Of a DNA stretch of 45,964 nt, positions 1 to 8,150 are shown in pieces. The translations under genes were made by a program, and so were the position numbers. Under the pieces are notes generated by a model that worked only from the letters and a program-made list of their open reading frames with translations, did no database searches and had not been told where the DNA came from. The DNA is taken from assembly GCA_027295155.1 (NCBI GenBank), contig JAPULH010000001.1, forward strand, positions 1 to 45,964, given 5' to 3'. The DNA comes from Gemmatimonadota bacterium (GTDB lineage: Bacteria > Gemmatimonadota > Gemmatimonadetes > Palauibacterales > Palauibacteraceae). Position 1 is the first letter of the stretch, and every line of letters starts with the position of its first letter.

Positions 1-243
1 CAGAGCGCGCGACGCCTCGTCCTGGAGCGGATCCTGCCGCTCGCTCGGGAGGGGCTGCGCGCAGGCGAGGTCGATGAGGAGGACATCGAGAGGTATCTGG
101 GCATCATCGAGGAGCGCGTCATCTCGAAGCAGACTCCGGCCCAGTGGATGCTCCGATCGCTTGCCCGCATGAAGGAGCAGGGAAGCCTTTCGGAACGGCT
201 GAGCGCCCTCACCGCAGCCATCGCTGACCGCGCGCAGTCGGGC
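1..243 (+). CDS. 3' part of an upstream gene (5' end lies outside the window); possibly the C-terminal region of a GCS2/YbdK-type carboxylate-amine ligase
   Basis: Frame 1 from nt 1 reads QSARRLVLERILPLAREGLRAGEVDEEDIERYLGIIEERVISKQTPAQWMLRSLARMKEQGSLSERLSALTAAIADRAQSG with ordinary amino-acid composition. After ~243 the same frame becomes R/P/G-rich read-through up to 1035. The family assignment is from memory and is weak. Confidence 0.35.
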
Positions 244-325
244 CAAGCCCGTCCACCGCTGGCCGCTGGCCGAGTTTCACGAAGCGGGAGACTGGAAGCC
301 AAGCTACCAGAGGATCGAGCAGTAT

Positions 326-712
326 ATGACGACCGACCTCATCACCGTCGGCGAGGACGAGCCGATCGACCTGGTGGCGCGGCTCATGGACTGGCACCGC
401 ATCCACCATATTCCGGTCGAGGACGAGCGACACCGGTTGCTCGGCCTCGTGTCCCACCGCTCCCTGCTCCGCTTTCTGGTGTCGCGCAGAAACGCGAAGG
501 AAGAGGCTCCCACCCCAGTGAGCGACGTCATGCAGCGGGAGCTGATCACCGTCCAGCCGGACACGCCGACCCTCGAGGCGATCGAGCTGATGAAGGAGAA
601 CCGGATCGGCTGTCTTCCGGTGACGGCGAAGGGCCGGCTGGTTGGCATCGTCACGGAGCACGATTTCCTTCGGGTGGCGGGCCTGCTGCTCGAGCAGCGC
701 CTCCGAGAATAG
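326..712 (+). CDS. CBS-domain pair protein (or the CBS C-terminal module of the upstream gene)
   Basis: This is a 128-aa ORF with two CBS-like repeats (MTTDLITVGEDEPIDLVARLMDWHRIHHIPV and VMQRELITVQPDTPTLEAIELMKENRIGCLPV...GIVTEHDFL). ATG 326 is the first start codon in this frame. Confidence 0.8.
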   Translation: MTTDLITVGEDEPIDLVARLMDWHRIHHIPVEDERHRLLGLVSHRSLLRFLVSRRNAKEEAPTPVSDVMQRELITVQPDTPTLEAIELMKENRIGCLPVTAKGRLVGIVTEHDFLRVAGLLLEQRLRE

Positions 713-2285
713 CCGGGAGGACGGCTCCCACCGCGGCCGCCAGCGCCGCCAGCCAGCCCACGACGTCACCGGCGCGGGCGAACGGAGTCAGGCCTCGGGT
801 CGTCAACACGTCGGCCGTGAAGATGGCGGACGTGAACAGCTCGGTCGCCTCGTGGACGCGGCCCAGCGGATCCACGATCTCCGAGATCCCCGTGTTCGCG
901 GCTCGGACAATACCGATCCGGCTCTCGATGGCGCGCAGCACCAGGTGCGAGGGATGCTGCCAGAGCGCGCTGCCGCGGCTCCACGACGGCTCCTCGCTAC
1001 CGAACCATGCATCGTTCGTGATGTTGACGAGGTAGTCGGCGCCCCGACGCCGAAACTCCCGGCTCAGACCGGCGAAGATCGATTCGTAGCAGATCAAGAC
1101 GCCGAAGCTCACGCCGTCCACCTCCATCGGCGCCGTGCCCACCCCGACGCCGAACCCCCCGAAGTCGAAGTAAGGGGCCCAGGTGAACCAGTCGGGATTC
1201 AGGAACGGCACGCGCTCGACGATCGGAACGAGGTGGTGCTTATCGTATCGGCCAAGCCGCTCCCCGGTCACGTCCACCAGCAGGGCCGAGTTGAAGTAGT
1301 CCCACTCACCCCGAGGCAGCTTGTCGATGCCGATCGTCCCGAAGAGAACCGGCGCTCGCCGGTCGTACGCGACGTTCGCCAGCCAGCTCCTGACCCGGCG
1401 CAAACCCCTGTAGCCCGTCGCCGGGATCGGGTCGACCGGAAGGGGGATGACGGTCTCCGGGAGGACGAGGAGATCGATCGGTCGCCCGGGATCGTGCCCG
1501 GCGAGAAGGCTCTCGATCGCAAGGCGCGTGCTGTCGATGGCGGCGTACCGATCGAGCTTGAGGTCCTCCGAGATGTTCGGCTGCACGATCGTGACTGTGG
1601 CAGCCACCTCCGGCTCCAGGCTCGTCCACCGGTGCAGCGAGTAGGCGACCGGGAGCGCCAGAGCCAACCCCCAGCCACCGAGCGCGAGCCACCCGTCGCG
1701 CCTCCGCCCGGCCCGCCAGGCGAGGATCCCGGTGGCGAGCAGGCCGTTCAACATGACCAGCCAGAAGCTCAGCCCACGAGCCCCGACGATGTCGGCGACA
1801 CCGATGAGTCGAGGAAACCCCGTGAGCGTGTAGCCAAACTCATTCCACGGAAAGGAGATCGGCCCGAGGTGCGCCCGGAACCACTCGGCCGCGGTCCAGA
1901 AAACCGGCAGGGCGATCCACAGCGGCCAGCCGAGCCGGCGGCGCACGTGGTAAACGCCCACGGTCGCGACCGCCAGGAAGAGACACATCGGGACGACGAT
2001 AAACACAAAGCCCGGTAGAGCCATGAGGGAGTAGTGCACCAGCGAGGTCACGAGCCAGTGGAGAAGAAGAGTATAGTAGACGACCCCGAGCCAGAACCCG
2101 CCCCGGAACGCCGCTCTTCGCCCCTCTTCGCCCTCGGGCAGCCTGCCCAGCCAGATGCCGAACGGGACCAGCCCGAGGAAGGAGGGCAGAAGGAGATGAA
2201 GGGGAGGGTGCGCAAGGCCGAGGATGAGGCCGCTGGCCGCGACCCAACCGGCGCCCGGTGGAACCGCCGGGACGCGGAGCCGCAC
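651..2285 (-). CDS. lnt: apolipoprotein N-acyltransferase
   Basis: The 544-aa product has a multi-TM N-terminal half and a CN-hydrolase C-terminal half (LVLPETVIP, ICYESIF, NITNDAWFG). The GTG start shares 1 nt with the stop of the upstream gene. Confidence 0.9.
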   Translation of the reverse strand: MRLRVPAVPPGAGWVAASGLILGLAHPPLHLLLPSFLGLVPFGIWLGRLPEGEEGRRAAFRGGFWLGVVYYTLLLHWLVTSLVHYSLMALPGFVFIVVPMCLFLAVATVGVYHVRRRLGWPLWIALPVFWTAAEWFRAHLGPISFPWNEFGYTLTGFPRLIGVADIVGARGLSFWLVMLNGLLATGILAWRAGRRRDGWLALGGWGLALALPVAYSLHRWTSLEPEVAATVTIVQPNISEDLKLDRYAAIDSTRLAIESLLAGHDPGRPIDLLVLPETVIPLPVDPIPATGYRGLRRVRSWLANVAYDRRAPVLFGTIGIDKLPRGEWDYFNSALLVDVTGERLGRYDKHHLVPIVERVPFLNPDWFTWAPYFDFGGFGVGVGTAPMEVDGVSFGVLICYESIFAGLSREFRRRGADYLVNITNDAWFGSEEPSWSRGSALWQHPSHLVLRAIESRIGIVRAANTGISEIVDPLGRVHEATELFTSAIFTADVLTTRGLTPFARAGDVVGWLAALAAAVGAVLPAILGGAARAAGPPPEGNRAP

Positions 2286-3307
2286 TAAATGGCTACCTCG
2301 CGGCCCTCACGCGCCGATCTGTAGCATGCTTCAAGCGTCCGCATGAGCCGCACCTGTTCACCCTGCACCTCGAGCGGCTTCTCACCACGCACGAAGCGCA
2401 GGAACTCCGCCCACTCCTGCCGATAGGAGGCCCGATAGAGGCCGGCCTCGTCCACATCCAGAGGGGGCGCCACATCCAGGGGACCTGTCTCCATGTCCTT
2501 CCGCACTCGGAACGGGGCGGTCGTGGCCGAGCCGAGAGTCCCCAGCACGAGGAGGGAGTGTGTGTCGCGCTTCGAGCGGAGCTCCCAGCTCACCTCGACG
2601 CTGAGAGTCACGCCTCCGGCCAGAGCGAGGAAAGCGAACGCCGAGTCCTCGACCCTGGAGGTAAAGTGCATGCTCGCGGTGACGCGCTCGACCTCCGGGT
2701 AGCCCAACAGCCAGAGCGCCACATCGAGCGCCTGGACCCCGAGGTCCATCAGCACCCCACCACCGGCGCGCTCCGGATCACGACGCCACCCGTGCTTCGG
2801 CCGTCCCTGGCTTCGCGTCAGCCAGACGGAACGCACGAACAGCACGTCACCGAGCTCTCCGCTCGCCATGAACTGCTGGATCGCCCGAACATCGAAGCGG
2901 AACCGCTGGTTCATCGCGACCATCAGTTGGCGGTTTGCCTTCTCCGCCACGTGGATCAGTTGCGCCGCCTCCTCGCTGCCGGGAGCCAGCGGCCTCTCAC
3001 ACAAGACATGCGCTCCCCGCTCGAGCGCATCCCGGACGACGGCTACGTGGGTGTCGTTCGGCGTGCACACTACCGCCGCATCGACCTGAACCTCCGGGGG
3101 GAGATCTCCCAGCTCCCTCGCCACGTGCGGAACCCCGAAGCGCTCGGCTATCGTGCGAGCCTTCTCGATCTGTGTGTCGAGAAGCGCCGTCACCTCCAGG
3201 TCGGGCAATCGCTTGAGGATCGGAAGGTGGACGACCTGCGCCGCCCCACCCGCCCCGATGACCGCCACGCGGATGTCCCTCTTCACACGATCCACCATTC
3301 GCACCAT
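2285..3307 (-). CDS. Gfo/Idh/MocA-family NAD(P)-dependent oxidoreductase
   Basis: It has a Rossmann N-terminus (RVAVIGAGGAAQVVHLPIL) and the family motif LCERPLA. The start was placed at ATG 3307 (aa 147 of the 486-aa ORF) because the upstream extension is R/G-rich and overlaps the SpoIID-like gene. Confidence 0.85.
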   Translation of the reverse strand: MVRMVDRVKRDIRVAVIGAGGAAQVVHLPILKRLPDLEVTALLDTQIEKARTIAERFGVPHVARELGDLPPEVQVDAAVVCTPNDTHVAVVRDALERGAHVLCERPLAPGSEEAAQLIHVAEKANRQLMVAMNQRFRFDVRAIQQFMASGELGDVLFVRSVWLTRSQGRPKHGWRRDPERAGGGVLMDLGVQALDVALWLLGYPEVERVTASMHFTSRVEDSAFAFLALAGGVTLSVEVSWELRSKRDTHSLLVLGTLGSATTAPFRVRKDMETGPLDVAPPLDVDEAGLYRASYRQEWAEFLRFVRGEKPLEVQGEQVRLMRTLEACYRSAREGREVAI

Positions 3308-3324
3308 TCGTTTCCCGAAGACCG

Positions 3325-4650
3325 CTAGTACAGCCTTTCCAAACTTGCACCCGTGTAGTAGGCGGCCAGGATCTGTCGGTAGTCCTGCCCCGCCCTCGCC
3401 CGGCCGATCGCGCCCCACTGGCACATGCCGATGCCGTGGCCGTATCCGCGGCCCTCGACCAGGACCCCGTCTCCGTCCACTCGGCCGTGCAGCACCCTGA
3501 AGTCTGTAGAGCCGAGAATCCGCCCCTCCGAGGGCCGCAGCACGAAGCGGATATCGTTCTTTCGGATCACGTAGCGACCTCCCGTCGCCGCGATCTCCAG
3601 CTCGTCCACCCGATCCTCTTCCGTCCGGCTGAGGACGCGGATTTCCAGGATACGCCCAATCGACGTCGGAGGAACCCCGAGCCTTCCGGCCAGCTCGGCG
3701 CGGACCAGTCCGTTCATCTCGTCGGGGGTCCAGCTTTCCCGCCATGTGTACCGGGGGGAGATCGCGCAGAAATCGTCACCCCCCGATCCGCGGTCACGGA
3801 CGGAGCGAAGATACGGGAGGTCGGGCTCCGCCCAAACCTCGTACCGGGTGGCGGTGCGGCCCCCGCACGTCGAGTGATACAGCGCCAGCACCACGGCGCC
3901 GTCATACGTGAGGATCTCTCCCTCGGTTTCCCGCACCGCCCGGTCGATCTCAGCTCGTTCCAGGTCAACGCCTCCGTATGCCTGATCCTCGACGGTGGCG
4001 AAGACATCGAAGCCCAGCGAGTCTCGACTCCCGAGGCTGGAGATCGCGTACGTGCGGGCGGCCACCGCCTGCGCCTTCACGGCATCGAACTCCTCGGGCC
4101 GGCGACGGCCGATCTCGGCCGGCACGACACCGAGGAGGTACTCCTCCAGACCGATCCGATTGATGACCACGAGCCCTCTGACCGGATCGACGAGGAGCTC
4201 GGCCGCGCCGTGGTACGGCTTGCCCGCGAGAACGATGGGGATCGCCGGATCGAGCGGCTCGATGAGCAGCCGTGGCCGGCCGTCTCCGATGAGGCCGCCG
4301 GACTCGACCAGGAAGGCACCTTCGGAGGCCTCGAAGCGGAGGATCTCCTTCCCGCTGGCCTCGAGAACCTCTCCGCTCTCGCCGTCGAGCACGCGCAGGC
4401 CGGCCGTCGACATGATGACCGCCGATGAGACGCCGATCTCGATGCCCACACGAACCGTCGGCTCCGAGGTGATCGTCTCGGTGATCGGGCGCTCGGCGCC
4501 GGCCTCTGGCGCGGTCCCGTCTGGCGCGGCCGCCTCGGGCGCGGTCCGCTCCGGAGGCGGCGTGCGCTCCGGTGGCGGCGTCCCCGCGCACGCCCAGCAG
4601 AGAAGGGCCGAGGCCAAGAGCACGCCTCGGCTCCCGCCGGGGCCCGTCAA
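3325..4650 (-). CDS. SpoIID/LytB-domain protein (lytic transglycosylase-like), secreted or lipoprotein
   Basis: Motifs present are VKAQAVAARTYA, LYHSTCGGRT and GYGHGIGMCQWGA, with an N-terminal hydrophobic signal (LLASALLCWACAG). The TTG start at 4650 is uncertain; GTG at 4623 is an alternative. Confidence 0.85.
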   Translation of the reverse strand: MTGPGGSRGVLLASALLCWACAGTPPPERTPPPERTAPEAAAPDGTAPEAGAERPITETITSEPTVRVGIEIGVSSAVIMSTAGLRVLDGESGEVLEASGKEILRFEASEGAFLVESGGLIGDGRPRLLIEPLDPAIPIVLAGKPYHGAAELLVDPVRGLVVINRIGLEEYLLGVVPAEIGRRRPEEFDAVKAQAVAARTYAISSLGSRDSLGFDVFATVEDQAYGGVDLERAEIDRAVRETEGEILTYDGAVVLALYHSTCGGRTATRYEVWAEPDLPYLRSVRDRGSGGDDFCAISPRYTWRESWTPDEMNGLVRAELAGRLGVPPTSIGRILEIRVLSRTEEDRVDELEIAATGGRYVIRKNDIRFVLRPSEGRILGSTDFRVLHGRVDGDGVLVEGRGYGHGIGMCQWGAIGRARAGQDYRQILAAYYTGASLERLY

Positions 4651-4666
4651 CGCGCGCCTCCTGGAA

Positions 4667-5959
4667 TCAGCCGACCCGCGCCGCGTCCATCGCCTCTCCG
4701 ACGGCCGTCAGAGTGAATTCCAGCTGCTCAGTACCGTGCGCTGTCGACGTGAATCCGGCCTCAAAGGGCGAGGGGGCGAAGAACACGCCGCGCTCCAGGC
4801 ACTCCCTGAAGTAAGAGGCAAAGAACTCCGTGTCCTTCCGCTTGGCCCCGTCGTAGTCGTGAACCGGGTCTTCGGCAAAGAACACTCCCCACATCGAGCC
4901 GACGTGCGCTCCCGAGGCGGGAATACCCCGCTCCGCGGCCGCGGCCAGGATGCCGGAGACCAGCCGTCCGGTCAGCCGCGCCAGGTGATCGTACGGTCTC
5001 TCCCGCACCAGCACCCGGAGCTGGGCGAGGCCGGCGGCCATGCCGAGCGGATTGCCGCTCAGCGTACCGGCCTGGTACACCGGTCCAATCGGAGCCACCT
5101 GCTCCATCAGCTCTCGGCGGCCACCGAACGCGGCAACCGGAAGACCTCCACCGATCACCTTGCCCAGGGTGGTGAGATCCGGGACCACCCCGTAGAGATC
5201 CTGGGCGCCCCCCAGCGCAACGCGGAAACCAGTCATCACCTCGTCGAACACGAGGAGGGCCCCGCTGGCCCGGGTCACCTCCCGGAGCCCTTCCAGGAAG
5301 CCGTCCATCGGCTCGATCAGGCCAAAGTTGCCCATCACCGGTTCCACGATGACGGCAGCGATCTCGTCCGGATGACGGTCCAGCGAGGAGCGCACGGCGT
5401 CGAGGTCGTTGAACGGCGCCGAGATGGTAAGCTCGGAGAGTGACAGCGGCACGCCGGGGGAGTCGGGCAGCCCGAGCGTGGCTACGCCGGAGCCCGCACG
5501 CACGAGAAAAGAGTCCGAGTGGCCGTGGTAGCAGCCGTCGAACTTGAGGATGCGCTCGCGGCCGGTCACGCCGCGGGCCAAGCGGATGGCCGACATGGTG
5601 GCTTCAGTGCCGCTGCTGACGAAGCGCACGACCTCGATCCCGGGCACGAGATCCACGATCAGCTCGGCCAGCTCCACCTCCGCCCTCACGGGGGTGCCGA
5701 ACGTGAGCCCCTTTCGAGTGGCACGTTCCACCGCCTCAGCAACCGCCGGGTGCGCGTGCCCGAGGATGAGAGGTCCCCACGAGAGCACGTAATCTACGTA
5801 GCGCTTCCCATCGACGTCGTACAGGTAGGGACCTTCTCCACGCTCCGAGAAGAAGGGCTCGCCCCCGACCGACCGGAAGGAGCGCACCGGAGAGCTCACC
5901 CCGCCGGGCAGCACCCTCCGGGCACGATCCCAGAGGTGGGCGTTGTCTATCTTCCCCAC
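4667..5959 (-). CDS. hemL: glutamate-1-semialdehyde 2,1-aminomutase
   Basis: The 430-aa product has the N-terminus RARRVLPGGVSSPVRSFRSVGG and the class-III aminotransferase layout (TLGKVIGGGLP) typical of HemL. Confidence 0.95.
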   Translation of the reverse strand: MGKIDNAHLWDRARRVLPGGVSSPVRSFRSVGGEPFFSERGEGPYLYDVDGKRYVDYVLSWGPLILGHAHPAVAEAVERATRKGLTFGTPVRAEVELAELIVDLVPGIEVVRFVSSGTEATMSAIRLARGVTGRERILKFDGCYHGHSDSFLVRAGSGVATLGLPDSPGVPLSLSELTISAPFNDLDAVRSSLDRHPDEIAAVIVEPVMGNFGLIEPMDGFLEGLREVTRASGALLVFDEVMTGFRVALGGAQDLYGVVPDLTTLGKVIGGGLPVAAFGGRRELMEQVAPIGPVYQAGTLSGNPLGMAAGLAQLRVLVRERPYDHLARLTGRLVSGILAAAAERGIPASGAHVGSMWGVFFAEDPVHDYDGAKRKDTEFFASYFRECLERGVFFAPSPFEAGFTSTAHGTEQLEFTLTAVGEAMDAARVG

Positions 5960-7326
5960 GCCGTCTCAAGGCCGAACGCCGCAATGGGGAGCTTGCGACG
6001 CGTCACCGCCGGCTCGCGCAGCACCCGGAGCACACGCGCCGTCAGGTCGAAATCGTCCGCGTGAGTGACCTCCACCTCCACGATCTGGCCGTCCCGGAGC
6101 GGAGCATCGGCCTGGAGCACGGTGATCCCATCCACGTCGTCCGCCTGACTCTCGAGGCGCCCGGTCGGGCCGGCGCCGTTCTCCGAGAGGCTCCCGACGA
6201 TCGCGCGCCGACGCCGGCCCACCTCACACGCCAGCCGCTCGGCGGAGATCGCCCGCTGCACCTCGAGGAGCTCTTCCAGGCGGGCGCGGGCCACGCTCTC
6301 GGAAACGAAGAGATCCTGCAGGTCCATCGCTCGCGTTCCCTCCTGCGGAGAGAAGGCGAACGCCCCGAGCCTGTCGAAGCGGGCGTCCTCGAGAAAATCC
6401 AGCAGCTTCCGGAAGTCCTCGTCCGTCTCGCCGGGGAACCCCACCAGGACGGTGGTCCTGAGGGTGAGGTCCGGGATCGCGTCGCGAAGCCAGGTGAGCT
6501 TGCGCCGCAGCGTCTCCTGCCGCTCGGGGCGGCGCATCCGCTTCAGCACGCTGTCGCTGGCGTGCTGGATCGGCATGTCGATGTACGACAGGACGCGCTC
6601 CTCCGACGCCATCAGCTCGACGAGGGGCTCTCTGAGGCCGGCCGAATACACGTACAGCAGGCGGAACCAGGGGATATCGGTCTCCTCCAGCAACCGCGAG
6701 AGAAGCGCCGCGATGTCGGTGCCATCCCGGAACTCGCGGCCGTAGTGGGCCAAATCCTGGGCGACGAGGTTGAGCTCCACGACGCCCTGCGCCTCCAGGC
6801 GTCGGGCCTCCGCTACGAGGCGGTCGGGATCGAACGACCGATGCCGTCCCCGCCACAGCGGAATCGCGCAGAACGCGCACCCGTGGTCGCATCCTTCGCT
6901 CACCTTCAGGTAGCGCACGTGCCGGTCCGAGCCGAGAGGCAGGCGATCACCCGGGTGTCGGCGACGCTGCCCGAGAAGGCCGCGCTGCTGGAGCTCCGGA
7001 ACCAGCCGGTCCAGGTCTCTCAAACCGAGGAAGAGATCCACTTCGGGCAGGGAGGCGGCGAGCTCCTCCCGGTGACGTTCCACGAGACAGCCCACCGCCA
7101 CGACGGCCCGGCAGTTCCCCTCCCCCTTCAGCCGGGCGGCCTCCAGAATGGTCTCGATCGACTCCCGCTTCGCGGCGTCGATGAAACCGCAGGTGTTCAC
7201 GACCACGACGTCGGCTTCCTGGAGCGTCGACGCACGCTCGGCGCCATACGCGCTGAGGGCCGCGAGGATTCGCTCGGAATCGACGGTGTTCTTGTCGCAG
7301 CCCAGACTGACCAGGCCGAGCTTCAT
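5947..7326 (-). CDS. rimO: ribosomal protein S12 methylthiotransferase
   Basis: It starts MKLGLVSLGCDKNTVDSE (MTTase N-terminal domain), has the radical-SAM motif CDHGCAFCAIP, and ends with a TRAM-like region. Confidence 0.92.
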   Translation of the reverse strand: MKLGLVSLGCDKNTVDSERILAALSAYGAERASTLQEADVVVVNTCGFIDAAKRESIETILEAARLKGEGNCRAVVAVGCLVERHREELAASLPEVDLFLGLRDLDRLVPELQQRGLLGQRRRHPGDRLPLGSDRHVRYLKVSEGCDHGCAFCAIPLWRGRHRSFDPDRLVAEARRLEAQGVVELNLVAQDLAHYGREFRDGTDIAALLSRLLEETDIPWFRLLYVYSAGLREPLVELMASEERVLSYIDMPIQHASDSVLKRMRRPERQETLRRKLTWLRDAIPDLTLRTTVLVGFPGETDEDFRKLLDFLEDARFDRLGAFAFSPQEGTRAMDLQDLFVSESVARARLEELLEVQRAISAERLACEVGRRRRAIVGSLSENGAGPTGRLESQADDVDGITVLQADAPLRDGQIVEVEVTHADDFDLTARVLRVLREPAVTRRKLPIAAFGLETAWGR

Positions 7327-8015
7327 CCTTGAAAGACGTCGACTCGCGGGGGAAGCTCGAAGTGGAACGTCCCGTCGTCGATCGGGACGTTTGGTTCGAG
7401 ATCACCCAGCACCACGGTCCGGACCGTCTGGTTCTCCTCGGTAATCTCGAACTTCCGGACGAGGTAGTTCTCCGTGTCCACCCACACGCGAACGAGACGA
7501 TACGGCGACTCGGCTCTCGGGTGGAGCACAATCTGATGGGCCGGCCGTCCCGTCACCATCTCCTCACCAACGTACTCGGCGTCGTACGAGGTGCGCGCGT
7601 CTTTGAAGATCCTGCCCTGAAGATCGACCATCTGGGCGCCCATCGGGCTCGCCTCAATCGTGGAACGAATCGCCTGACCCGGGTGCGTCGTCGGGTAATA
7701 GAGCCACAGATACGTACCGTCCGCGACGATCAGATCTCCGGCCGGATCGGCGAACTCCATCTTGAAGCGGCCTCGGCCCTTCTGGTACCAGACCCCGGAG
7801 CCCGTTCTCGAGCGCTCGAGCAGCGGGACCTCGACCGTCTGCGTGAAGCGTGCACGGAGGGTGTGCAACTTGCCGTACACCCGCTCCGCCCGGGCCAGAA
7901 GCTCCCGAGCGTCAGGTTCCTTCGGGGTGCTCTGGAGCGCCGCGCGAGCCGCGGTCGGGACCATCAGAACCCCCACCGCCGCCACCGGGGCCGTCAGAAG
8001 GCCAAACCCGGCCAT
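7323..8015 (-). CDS. lolA: LolA-like outer-membrane lipoprotein carrier protein
   Basis: A signal peptide (MAGFGLLTAPVAAVGVLMVPTAARA) is followed by the LolA-like stretch LRARFTQTVEVPLLERSRTGSGVWYQKGRGRFKMEF. The start is uncertain (ATG 8015 or GTG 8072). The stop overlaps the rimO start by 4 nt. Confidence 0.7.
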   Translation of the reverse strand: MAGFGLLTAPVAAVGVLMVPTAARAALQSTPKEPDARELLARAERVYGKLHTLRARFTQTVEVPLLERSRTGSGVWYQKGRGRFKMEFADPAGDLIVADGTYLWLYYPTTHPGQAIRSTIEASPMGAQMVDLQGRIFKDARTSYDAEYVGEEMVTGRPAHQIVLHPRAESPYRLVRVWVDTENYLVRKFEITEENQTVRTVVLGDLEPNVPIDDGTFHFELPPRVDVFQG

Positions 8016-8150
8016 CAGGAGCCCGCACAACCTCGAAGGAAAGATCAAGTCGATGCCTCGTGTTCGTGACACGCCGCCAGCCTTGCGGTTCTGATTACAC
8101 GTGCCGTGCGGGCCCGTTCCGGCGCGGACGGGGCCGACCGGGAGCACTCC

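Noticed and set aside
148-1035. A 295-aa plus-strand ORF that continues past the CBS region
   Set aside because: After ~243 the translation is R/P/G/A-rich low-complexity sequence and runs antisense over lnt. Only its first ~30 codons look genuine, as the tail of the upstream gene.
642-2018. Long antisense ORFs mirroring recognised genes (for example 642..2018, 3436..4428, 3995..5443, 6061..7332, 11065..12501, 24728..25834, 30176..31417, 31663..32757, 36713..37816, 38857..41061, all on the plus strand)
   Set aside because: Each lies opposite a confidently recognised gene, has R/P/G/H-rich composition, and shows no recognisable motif. Stop-codon-poor antisense frames are expected at this GC content.
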